IMG/VR virus record: IMGVR_UViG_3300017766_003100
Location: 32,001 to 96,000 of that record
Strand: one strand, 5' to 3'
DNA from: a virus
Lineage: Duplodnaviria; Caudoviricetes
DNA: 64,000 bases
The notes below the pieces were generated by a model. The model made no database searches, was not told the origin of the DNA, and saw nothing but the letters and a program-made list of their open reading frames with translations. The translations under genes were made by a program, and so were the position numbers. This document shows positions 1-8,388 of this stretch, piece after piece (the stretch's first letter is position 1; each line of letters begins with the position of its first letter).

Positions 1-19
1 ATTAAAACACAAAATCATT

Positions 20-409
20 ATGAAAAAGTTATTCCTTCTAGTTTGTTTAGTATTCTCTTTTACTTTACGTGCTCAAGTACTTCCTGATTCTTCATTTGTA
101 CCAACTTGTATGAGTGACGAATTTAATAAAGGTGTGTATGTTCAGTATATGGTTGTTTTGTTTGAATCAAAAGATAGTATTGATTTGAATAAGATTAATC
201 TTTTAACTGATGTTGTTTTACCATATAATGTGGAATATTATGACCCCATTGATTATAAGTTGAAAAACTTATGTGTCCTTGGTTTGGAAGATGATGGTAG
301 AATTTCAAACATTTTTGGTTTTAGTGAAGAATATGCCAATTACTTATATGATACACATAAATCTATTTATCCAAAAATGGAAATAGTCAAATTTTATTAT
401 AATCAATAA
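20..409 (+). CDS. Secreted/periplasmic hypothetical protein (129 aa)
   Basis: Sec-type signal peptide MKKLFLLVCLVFSFTLRA followed by Q; no recognisable domain. Confidence 0.7.
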   Translation: MKKLFLLVCLVFSFTLRAQVLPDSSFVPTCMSDEFNKGVYVQYMVVLFESKDSIDLNKINLLTDVVLPYNVEYYDPIDYKLKNLCVLGLEDDGRISNIFGFSEEYANYLYDTHKSIYPKMEIVKFYYNQ

Positions 410-430
410 ATTTTTTTTTTAAAAAACGAT

Positions 431-438
431 ATATTTAT
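431..438 (+). promoter_or_regulatory. RTATTTAT putative late-promoter motif
   Basis: ATATTTAT 20 nt upstream of ATG 459; same motif precedes many transcription-unit starts. Confidence 0.55.
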
Positions 439-458
439 TATTAAATAAAATAATAAAT

Positions 459-1613
459 ATGTATAATAGAAGACTATTAATATCTGAAGACGAGAAAAAA
501 CACATTAAAAATTTATACGGATTAATATTAGAACAAGAAAATTTACCTGGTGAAAAAATCAAAATTGATTTTGGGGATTTGTATGGTGATGGTAAGTATC
601 TAATTAAGAATAGTAACAAATTCAAAGAAAAATTAGATAGTTCTTTATTACCTTTTGTTCAAAAAAATCCTGGTGTTCCTTTAACTATTAAAGTTCTTGG
701 TGGTGAATCGGCAACACCTAATTATGATTATGAACTAAATGATAATCAGGGGAAACCTGATTTTTATTTGGCTAAAAAAAGAAGAAGTGTTATGGTTGAC
801 TGGTTAACTAATTATTTTAATAATTCAGAAATTGAACCTAAACCTATTGTTGACAACTCACCAAATAAAGAAGGTGTAAATGTATTTAGAGGACGTACTG
901 GTAACGAAGCAAGAGACCGTTTTGTTGACGTGGTTATAAATGCTGAAGCTCCTGGTACTTGTTTAGTTGGATTAAAAATTGAAGTTATTTATGAAAATGG
1001 TAATTCATCACCTGAGTTCCCTTGTAGAGGAGGTTTTATGGAGTATAACAAAATGTTAAAGAAAGAAGTTCCTAGAGTTCATAAATGTGATGAAGCTATA
1101 TTTAACGTTTTATTAAATGATGTAAATATTGGACAAGTAAATCTTAATAATAAAGTTGATGGAGGTAGTAGAAATGGTGTTGTTGAAGTTACAAGAGCTC
1201 AAGCTTTAGAAATTGCTAAACTAGGTAAAAATACTATTGTATTAAGTTTACAATGTGTACTACCTAATTGTCATTCAGATGTTGCTGAAATTAGGATTAC
1301 TAACAAGAATGGAGTACTTTATCATAGTTGCACACCAACACTACAATCAAGAGGTGATAGTAAAGTTAATGACCTTTTAATATTAGATAAATGTGGTACT
1401 AAGATAGTTCAAAGAAGTACGAAAGAAGTTGCAGGAACAGGTGAAACTAAAGTAAAACAAGAATATGGTTCGCAATATTGGGATGCGGTAGCTGCAAATA
1501 AACAACTTAAAAAATTGGCGGATGGTTCTTATGAAGTTTTAACTGATAAACTTGCTGACCCAACTGGTAAACGATATAAAAAAGGTGAGATAATTCCAAA
1601 ACCATCATTTTAA
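459..1613 (+). CDS. Protein with OmpA-C-like (peptidoglycan-binding-like) domain and N-terminal ISEDEK...ILE leader
   Basis: IKVLGGES...N...LAKKRRSV..WL...RFVDVVI follows the OmpA_C pattern; Cys-containing C-terminal half. Confidence 0.5.
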   Translation: MYNRRLLISEDEKKHIKNLYGLILEQENLPGEKIKIDFGDLYGDGKYLIKNSNKFKEKLDSSLLPFVQKNPGVPLTIKVLGGESATPNYDYELNDNQGKPDFYLAKKRRSVMVDWLTNYFNNSEIEPKPIVDNSPNKEGVNVFRGRTGNEARDRFVDVVINAEAPGTCLVGLKIEVIYENGNSSPEFPCRGGFMEYNKMLKKEVPRVHKCDEAIFNVLLNDVNIGQVNLNNKVDGGSRNGVVEVTRAQALEIAKLGKNTIVLSLQCVLPNCHSDVAEIRITNKNGVLYHSCTPTLQSRGDSKVNDLLILDKCGTKIVQRSTKEVAGTGETKVKQEYGSQYWDAVAANKQLKKLADGSYEVLTDKLADPTGKRYKKGEIIPKPSF

Positions 1614-1617
1614 TGAT

Positions 1618-1649
1618 AAAAAAAAGAGGACTTTAAGTCCTCTTTTTTT
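1618..1649. terminator. Bidirectional intrinsic terminator
   Basis: A-tract GAGGACT-TTA-AGTCCTC T-tract between convergent genes 459-1613 and 1653-2123. Confidence 0.85.
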
Positions 1650-1652
1650 ATT

Positions 1653-2123
1653 TTAACAATAAGGTGGTGAACAACGTTTTTTTCCATCTAATCCAGGTTT
1701 TGTTCCTTTACAAACTTGAACGGCATAACCATTCGCATAAGCACTGGGATAGACTTTAAATTTTGATTTGGCAGCAGTTTTACCTCTTGAACATAGTTTT
1801 GTTCCAGTTTTCTTTTTTCCTTCCATCATAACCATATCTTCTTCATCGTCATAGAACTCATCACTATATTGAGTTTCGTTCATCAGAAAGTCAAATACTT
1901 GGTCTAAGTTTTCTTTTGCCGTTGCAATATGGTCATCAGCCCAATCGTGACCACCTTGAAGTATTTTTTCTACTTCCATTGGGTCTAATTCTAATAACAA
2001 TTGTGCTTGTCTTACCATTTGTTCTAGATTACTGAAAAACATATAGTTTTGTACTTTTCCATAATCTTTTTCGTTAACTATTTTTTTAACGAGTTGGTTG
2101 AGTTGTGATTCAGTTATTCTCAT
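1653..2123 (-). CDS. Hypothetical protein with MRITESQ leader and basic C-terminal DUF5872-like domain
   Basis: C-terminal RGKTAAKSKFKVYPSAYANGYAVQVCKG motif; acidic linker before it. Confidence 0.6.
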   Translation of the reverse strand: MRITESQLNQLVKKIVNEKDYGKVQNYMFFSNLEQMVRQAQLLLELDPMEVEKILQGGHDWADDHIATAKENLDQVFDFLMNETQYSDEFYDDEEDMVMMEGKKKTGTKLCSRGKTAAKSKFKVYPSAYANGYAVQVCKGTKPGLDGKKRCSPPYC

Positions 2124-2129
2124 ATATTT

Positions 2130-2309
2130 TTAATTATTTAATCCATTAGGACCTCCTAATGTTACTGCGTTTAATTGTACTATAGCGTCACCTTGACCAT
2201 TAGTCCAAGTTGGGTGTGGTGGTACTACACTAGTGACAGTTTCACCTGTAGTACAAGGACAACAGACAACACAGATTGTTGATTCACTATTTGCTGAAAT
2301 TGTTGACAT
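2130..2309 (-). CDS. 59-aa protein, stand-alone paralogue of the C-terminal module of 2340-5096 (absent from ORF track)
   Basis: Manual translation MSTISANSESTICVVCCPCTTGETVTSVVPPHPTWTNGQGDAIVQLNAVTLGGPNGLNN; own GATATTTATA motif at 2324-2333. Confidence 0.85.
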   Translation of the reverse strand: MSTISANSESTICVVCCPCTTGETVTSVVPPHPTWTNGQGDAIVQLNAVTLGGPNGLNN

Positions 2310-2323
2310 AATGTTTTTTTATT

Positions 2324-2333
2324 TATAAATATC
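2324..2333 (-). promoter_or_regulatory. RTATTTAT putative late-promoter motif
   Basis: GATATTTATA on the minus strand 14 nt upstream of ATG 2309. Confidence 0.6.
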
Positions 2334-2339
2334 ACAAAT

Positions 2340-5096
2340 TTACATATTTAATCCATTAGGACCACCTAATGTTATAGCATCAAGTAAATAAATTAATCTA
2401 CCTTGACCATTAGTCCATTGAGGGTGGGGTAAAACTATTTGAGTTATTGTACCACCAGAATCACAAGGACAACAAATATTACAACCGAAATATTCAGTTC
2501 CAGCTGAAATTGGGGGAACTGGTCGATTAGCTGTTCTACAAAAAAGTTGATTTAAATAAAAATTTTGTGGTTCAAATAACGGATGTACATTATCAATTGG
2601 ACAAGAATTAACTACCTGATAACAAACACCATTAGTATCAGTAATGGTTGGGTTGGGTAATTGGAAAAGAAATCCTGTTATTTCAATCCAATCATTTAGA
2701 GTAACTGTAACTTGTGATGCTTCCAATGTATTACAATTAATCAGTGTTAACCCTAATGTTGCATTTGATGTACATTCTTCACAAGTTGTGAAACTTGAAC
2801 CTGATGATACAAAAGATATTGAAGCTGATTGACCACTAAAAGGTTCTATAATTTCAAAACATAACCAATCTGAATTACCAAATTGTGAACGTACAAATTC
2901 ACCAGCCGAATACGTACCTTGTGGGGCAATTAATATACCCCCAATTCCTGATACACATTCAGTACAATAAAATATATCTCGTGTTGTACCAGTACATGTC
3001 TGACAATCTGAATAATGTAACATACTGAGATATTCAGTTATATTTAAAAATTCAGGTCTTGTAATACTTGTTATATTTGTGATTTCACAACATCCGTTTA
3101 AATTGTAATTAAAAAATGTTGTTCCTGTTGATAAATATTCATTTGATGTTGTTTGACCACTAATGAAGTCATTGTAACAACCAAGTTGGAACAAAGCACT
3201 AAATGACCCAAACCATAAATTACCTAAAGTATCTGCTTGTATATCAAAAGGTTGAGTTATACCTATATTAGATAATTCACTACTATAAGTAATTAATAAA
3301 TTATCTGTTAGTGTATCAAATTCATATATTTGATTACAACCGTTGTCGGAAATATATAATCGATTAGTTGATGAATTAACTTTTATCCCATATTGACTAC
3401 TTGAACAATATGGGAAAGAATGTGTGGTAGTACCACTTAATGATAAATCAAATTTTACATAATAATTATTTGTTGTTGATATGTATATAAAATTTCCCCC
3501 ATCGTAAGTAAGCGAGAGTAATGTATCGCTGAATGTGTATGTATTAACTAATGTATATGATGTATCGTAGACCTCAATATTAGTTGATGTTAAAGTATAA
3601 AAAAACGAACCTATTTGTATTATGTCAAGATATGATGAATTTGTAGTACCAAAATCAGTAACAAATGTCATATTATTATAAGCCGTACCACTATAGACTA
3701 ATATAGCATTAATAACCCCACCTAGATGAGCACTCGCAAAATAAAATAGTTGGTCATTTGTGTTATAATAAACTTTGGTTGGTTGTACACCAGTAACACT
3801 TAAATTATTACTAAGAGATAAGTCGTTATAATCAAAAAACGTAATATCAAATACTGAAGGTATAACGTTTGAATAATTTGTAACCGCAATAACCCCATTA
3901 GTTTCATCAATATCTAAACTATAAGGATTATTTAAAACGTTATTAGATATCTCAATAACTGAAGAGGTATTGGTATCAATTTTAGCTATTAGATTATTAT
4001 CTACAAATGGTATAAATGCAAAATCGTTGCTATCAATTTTAAAGTAACGTGAGATACTAAGACCACTTAAACTAAAATAATCAATTATATTAATGGGGCC
4101 ACAAATTTCATATTGTTCACAACTTACAAAGTCATATACCAAACCATAACATTCCAAACAATCTTCACAATTTTGTTGTGGGTCATAATTTGCTAATTCA
4201 CTAATTGTAATTGCACTTGTTGGGGGTACTACATCAGTACTAATTTCGTAACACCCATTACCTAATGATAAATGAGTTGAATCCCCTGGTTGGAATAAAA
4301 CTGATGCCCAAACAATTTCTTCACTATTATTTAAACAATTAATAAGTTTCTTTTTTTCACTCACCAATCCATTACAATAATCACAATCAACACCATCATT
4401 ATTAATCCCTAAATCATTAACATATGTTCCATTTATTACACCAGAACTTAATTCTATTACTACCCCACAATATTGTGTTATTCCTGCTAAATCGGTAAAT
4501 GTTATTAAATGATTGTCAAGACCCGATGATGGTAATGGAATATAATATTCAGTTGAGGATAAACATTCAATTATTCGATACACTAATGGTGAATTATCAA
4601 TACAAGTTTTACAATCAGTATGTGAACTATAACTAGTTACTAATACCTCAAAATTTGGTACTCTTGAAGTAAAACTTTTTAATTCAAAACAACTACTATA
4701 TTGTTGTAACCCACTATCATTAGAAAAATAAATTTCAATAAATAAGACATCCCCAATTGATGGTACTGGTGAAAATTGATTTTTTGGTATAATAATTTCA
4801 CCAATTATTCCATCACAAGAAGTAAATTGTAAATAATCATAAATTTGTGATACACAATCATCACAACCTGTTGATTTTTCAGGACCATATGAATTTACTA
4901 TTATAGTATCTGGAGTAGCACCAGGCTTGGTTAAATTAAAACTATCAACAACGTAACACCCAAATGATACATAACCACTAAATGAATAAACATTACCAAC
5001 TATAAGTTGACTAGAATTATCTTCAATAACTACTTGATACGCTATACATTTATTAGTACACCCACAATCTCTAAGACCTACACTATAAATTGGCAT
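2340..5096 (-). CDS. Cys-rich repeat protein with inserted beta-propeller-like region; probable virion appendage (918 aa)
   Basis: Recurring ~80-aa units ending CxxC (CDDC, CKTC, CDYC, CEDC, CQTC, CEEC); central YVTN/NHL-like blades (PYSLDID, PTKVYY, PFDIQAD..GNLW). Confidence 0.6.
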   Translation of the reverse strand: MPIYSVGLRDCGCTNKCIAYQVVIEDNSSQLIVGNVYSFSGYVSFGCYVVDSFNLTKPGATPDTIIVNSYGPEKSTGCDDCVSQIYDYLQFTSCDGIIGEIIIPKNQFSPVPSIGDVLFIEIYFSNDSGLQQYSSCFELKSFTSRVPNFEVLVTSYSSHTDCKTCIDNSPLVYRIIECLSSTEYYIPLPSSGLDNHLITFTDLAGITQYCGVVIELSSGVINGTYVNDLGINNDGVDCDYCNGLVSEKKKLINCLNNSEEIVWASVLFQPGDSTHLSLGNGCYEISTDVVPPTSAITISELANYDPQQNCEDCLECYGLVYDFVSCEQYEICGPINIIDYFSLSGLSISRYFKIDSNDFAFIPFVDNNLIAKIDTNTSSVIEISNNVLNNPYSLDIDETNGVIAVTNYSNVIPSVFDITFFDYNDLSLSNNLSVTGVQPTKVYYNTNDQLFYFASAHLGGVINAILVYSGTAYNNMTFVTDFGTTNSSYLDIIQIGSFFYTLTSTNIEVYDTSYTLVNTYTFSDTLLSLTYDGGNFIYISTTNNYYVKFDLSLSGTTTHSFPYCSSSQYGIKVNSSTNRLYISDNGCNQIYEFDTLTDNLLITYSSELSNIGITQPFDIQADTLGNLWFGSFSALFQLGCYNDFISGQTTSNEYLSTGTTFFNYNLNGCCEITNITSITRPEFLNITEYLSMLHYSDCQTCTGTTRDIFYCTECVSGIGGILIAPQGTYSAGEFVRSQFGNSDWLCFEIIEPFSGQSASISFVSSGSSFTTCEECTSNATLGLTLINCNTLEASQVTVTLNDWIEITGFLFQLPNPTITDTNGVCYQVVNSCPIDNVHPLFEPQNFYLNQLFCRTANRPVPPISAGTEYFGCNICCPCDSGGTITQIVLPHPQWTNGQGRLIYLLDAITLGGPNGLNM

Positions 5097-5098
5097 AA

Positions 5099-6565
5099 TT
5101 ATTTATAATTTACTATTTGGAATTTTATTTGTCTTTTATAAGTATTAACTTCCCCACTACTAATAACTTTAATATCAATATAATATTCATTTGGAATTTT
5201 ATCTCTAGTATCAAAGATAAAATAGTATTCATTTGGAGTTCTATTAATTGTTGTCCAATCTTGAACTTGAACTTCAGTTTGTCCTTCTCTAACATAGACA
5301 CGATAATAAGCATCAACCTTTGGTAATAATTTATTTGTTGTATATGCTTGTTTAATTATTACCCCAACTTTTCTTATATCCGTATTAAATATTTTTTCAT
5401 CTTGTTTAATACCATAATAATCAAAACCATAAATTTTAGGGTCAATTGAATTTGTACCTATAGTAAATCCATTTTTAAATGGTTGTAGTGTAAAATCATT
5501 AAGTACATTAGGTAATGGAAATCCATTATAAGTTAACCCAGTCCATTTATCTGAGAATGTACAAGGTGTTTTGTAACCAATAAGTGGAGGAACTGTAATT
5601 TCATATACCCCTTGAGTTTTTTGACAAGCAGTTATTGCCGAAAGACTTGATATTACATTACCAGTATTATCTAATATTGATACAATAGGTAAATTATCTA
5701 AGTTAATTGGATTACCATCTTCATACAAATAGAGATATAATTTGTTTACTCTACCTAAAGTGAAATTATTTCTATTATCATCAATTATATCATCATAATT
5801 TGTTTCCAAATATGGTTCATAAAATGTTTGGGTATGTCTTGTAAAAAATTGAACTTCGTATGTATCAGTTAAACCACTTAATAATTCAACTTGTGGTTTA
5901 TATGCAATAACCCATCCTGTAACTCCTGATAAATTATTATTCAATATGTCATTGATTTCATTTGTCATATCAAATTCAATATTCTCATCACCAAATTCAA
6001 AATGTTGTTCGGAAACAAGTGTTAATGCTGAATATGGATATGTACCTAAGTTTCTATTATTATAGATTCCTTCTTCTTGCCATTTATTTATTGTTGTGGT
6101 TTCAAACCAATTTGAAGGTCTTGTTGAAAAGTTTTTATCAATTGGTGTATATTGATAAATTAAATCGGCAAAATCATAACCAACACCTTCATCCCAATTT
6201 TGGGGAAATGCCGTATCAAAATCAATAGGTGGGATTCTTAGTAAAACAAGGTCAAACGATGTTGCTCTTTGTCTTCCTTGAGAAGTTGATGTATTCAACA
6301 AATCTTTATCAAAGGTTGACGTATTTGTCATCCTAAGTGTGTGTTTAATATTATTACCACAACTTGTTGAGATTGTTTTATTTTTGATTTTTTCTTTAAG
6401 TAAATCCAAATCTAAATCAAAAATGAATCTACTATAACCTAATGGATATTGTGAAACCACGGTTGTACCAAAAAATAGTTCAGTTACAGGATTTCTACCT
6501 GTATTTGTATAACTATTAAAAATTATTGTATTATTTCTATTGAAATATGATTTGTGAATTGACAT
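5099..6565 (-). CDS. Conserved phage structural (baseplate-region) protein (488 aa)
   Basis: Beta-rich 488-aa ORF next to the gp5-like spike gene; late motif upstream. Confidence 0.5.
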   Translation of the reverse strand: MSIHKSYFNRNNTIIFNSYTNTGRNPVTELFFGTTVVSQYPLGYSRFIFDLDLDLLKEKIKNKTISTSCGNNIKHTLRMTNTSTFDKDLLNTSTSQGRQRATSFDLVLLRIPPIDFDTAFPQNWDEGVGYDFADLIYQYTPIDKNFSTRPSNWFETTTINKWQEEGIYNNRNLGTYPYSALTLVSEQHFEFGDENIEFDMTNEINDILNNNLSGVTGWVIAYKPQVELLSGLTDTYEVQFFTRHTQTFYEPYLETNYDDIIDDNRNNFTLGRVNKLYLYLYEDGNPINLDNLPIVSILDNTGNVISSLSAITACQKTQGVYEITVPPLIGYKTPCTFSDKWTGLTYNGFPLPNVLNDFTLQPFKNGFTIGTNSIDPKIYGFDYYGIKQDEKIFNTDIRKVGVIIKQAYTTNKLLPKVDAYYRVYVREGQTEVQVQDWTTINRTPNEYYFIFDTRDKIPNEYYIDIKVISSGEVNTYKRQIKFQIVNYK

Positions 6566-6580
6566 TGATGTACTTTATAC

Positions 6581-6589
6581 ATAAATATC
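6581..6589 (-). promoter_or_regulatory. RTATTTAT putative late-promoter motif
   Basis: GATATTTAT on the minus strand 15 nt upstream of ATG 6565. Confidence 0.6.
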
Positions 6590-8177
6590 AATTAATTCGG
6601 ATATTTTGATTAAGTATCAAACTTTCGGCATTGTTCAGTAAAGTTTCAATGTCTTCCAACCTTTGACCATTACCACTTGCGGTTTTAGCTGGTTTAATTA
6701 TTGCAATAGGATGTACGTGTCCTTCCAAGAATGCAAACATCTTTCTTAATAATTCAATTAATACTTCACCCCTTACAGAAGAATAAGTTAAATTTTGTAT
6801 TGAATTTTTACCTCTAACAAATGCGTTTTGGGGTATTCCGTAGATTGTATCTTGTAGATTAATTTTTGTTTTTTTACTTGTAGAGTCTTGAGATAGCAAA
6901 TATATTTTTTGTGCTCCCATAATACCATAACTTACTGGTTCAGATTTGAATGACGATGGAAATATTTGTTGTTTAAGTAAATCATATTGAGACCCATATA
7001 TAGGCTTACCTCCTTTATTACTCCACACTAAAAAATAACCTGATTCTTTAGAACTTTTGTCTAAACTAATTACTTGTCTAAATTTACTAAAATTAACAAG
7101 TTCGGCACTATCATTAGTACTTGTTGTGGGATTAAATTTATTTCCTCTTTCATAAGTTTCTTTTGAAGGGGTAACAACAAATGGGAAAGCATCCTTGAAT
7201 GAATTTTGGTCTGTTGACGTATAACCACTATATTGTAAGAAACCATCAAAAACACCTTTTATAAATGTATTGATAATATATGTAGTTTCTTCAAAAGTGT
7301 TACCAGTAATGTCAATTTTACTATCAGTTTCAATTAGGTCAGTACCTATTGTAAGTTGAGTAATAGTTTGAGAATCAAAATTAGATGTATTGAACTTTGT
7401 ACTATTTTCATTCCATTTGTAAAGTTTAACATACCCCGTAAACATATTTGGAGTAACATCATTTTCCAAATTATTAATATGCCATACAACAACTTTTTTA
7501 ACTGATAAAATAACTTCTTTTAAGAAAGTTGTTAATTGTATTGGGTCTTGTACTTCTTGTATTGGGAAGTATGATAATTGTAGAAAAGCTCTTTTTGAAT
7601 TAGGTGTTGGTAATCTACTATAAACTAATTCTGGTGTTTTACCAGCACGTATTAAAACATCATTTTCTTTAATAATGACATCAGCGGTACCTCTACCCAA
7701 TATACCAACATCTTCAGGTTTTGGGAATATACCTTCAGTACTACCACCTTCTGTAATTATATAACTACCATCAGTATTTCTTAGAGATAAACCTTGTTCA
7801 TACCTAGTACCAGTTGCTAAAAACTTTTTTGCCCCTTGAAAGTTTTCAAAAGGACTTAATAAAGGACTTGAAAAAGGTCCTTGAATATAAAATTGATTCT
7901 CTCTTTTAAATTTTTTGTTCATATAGATTATATGAACATATTCATTTATCTGAGGTGTTTGATTTAAAAAGAAGGGTAATAGGGGTAAGAATAGAATTGG
8001 GTCTTTACTAGTCCATTTCATTTTCTCTTCATCCCAATCAGGAATAGCTCCAATGATTGCGGTATAATCGTCAGTTTCAGGTATTACGCGAAGTCTACCT
8101 AACATCATTGGGTCTTGGTTATCAAATACCGTACCCGCAAAAATTATTTGATATTCATTAGGCGCTGTATCGTTCAT
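6588..8177 (-). CDS. Baseplate central spike/hub protein, gp5/VgrG-like N-terminal OB fold
   Basis: N-terminal GTVFDNQDPMMLGRLRV (gp5 OB-fold signature); C-terminal HVHP resembling the HxH metal-binding spike tip. Confidence 0.7.
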   Translation of the reverse strand: MNDTAPNEYQIIFAGTVFDNQDPMMLGRLRVIPETDDYTAIIGAIPDWDEEKMKWTSKDPILFLPLLPFFLNQTPQINEYVHIIYMNKKFKRENQFYIQGPFSSPLLSPFENFQGAKKFLATGTRYEQGLSLRNTDGSYIITEGGSTEGIFPKPEDVGILGRGTADVIIKENDVLIRAGKTPELVYSRLPTPNSKRAFLQLSYFPIQEVQDPIQLTTFLKEVILSVKKVVVWHINNLENDVTPNMFTGYVKLYKWNENSTKFNTSNFDSQTITQLTIGTDLIETDSKIDITGNTFEETTYIINTFIKGVFDGFLQYSGYTSTDQNSFKDAFPFVVTPSKETYERGNKFNPTTSTNDSAELVNFSKFRQVISLDKSSKESGYFLVWSNKGGKPIYGSQYDLLKQQIFPSSFKSEPVSYGIMGAQKIYLLSQDSTSKKTKINLQDTIYGIPQNAFVRGKNSIQNLTYSSVRGEVLIELLRKMFAFLEGHVHPIAIIKPAKTASGNGQRLEDIETLLNNAESLILNQNIRIN

Positions 8178-8386
8178 TTTTTAACTCTACTTTCGTATTC
8201 TTTTAAGATTGTATTATATGTTAACTCTAATTTATCTAAGTGTTCTGTTAGTTTTATTAAAGTTTCTTTTGTAAACTTAAAGTCTTCTTGGATAAAATCC
8301 ATAACAAATGTTAAATCTTTGTTCGGTGAAGATTTATAATCTTTAATAACTCTTATTGCTTTTTCAGCTTGTTCTTTTTTATTCAT
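8174..8386 (-). CDS. Hypothetical protein (70 aa, helical)
   Basis: Co-oriented ORF with 4-nt overlap in the operon. Confidence 0.7.
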   Translation of the reverse strand: MNKKEQAEKAIRVIKDYKSSPNKDLTFVMDFIQEDFKFTKETLIKLTEHLDKLELTYNTILKEYESRVKK

Positions 8387-8388
8387 AA

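Noticed and set aside
2130-2510. Diversity-generating retroelement TR/VR pair (2130-2309 versus 3' end of 2340-5096)
   Set aside because: Differences are not limited to adenines and look like ordinary synonymous and amino-acid divergence; no reverse transcriptase in the window
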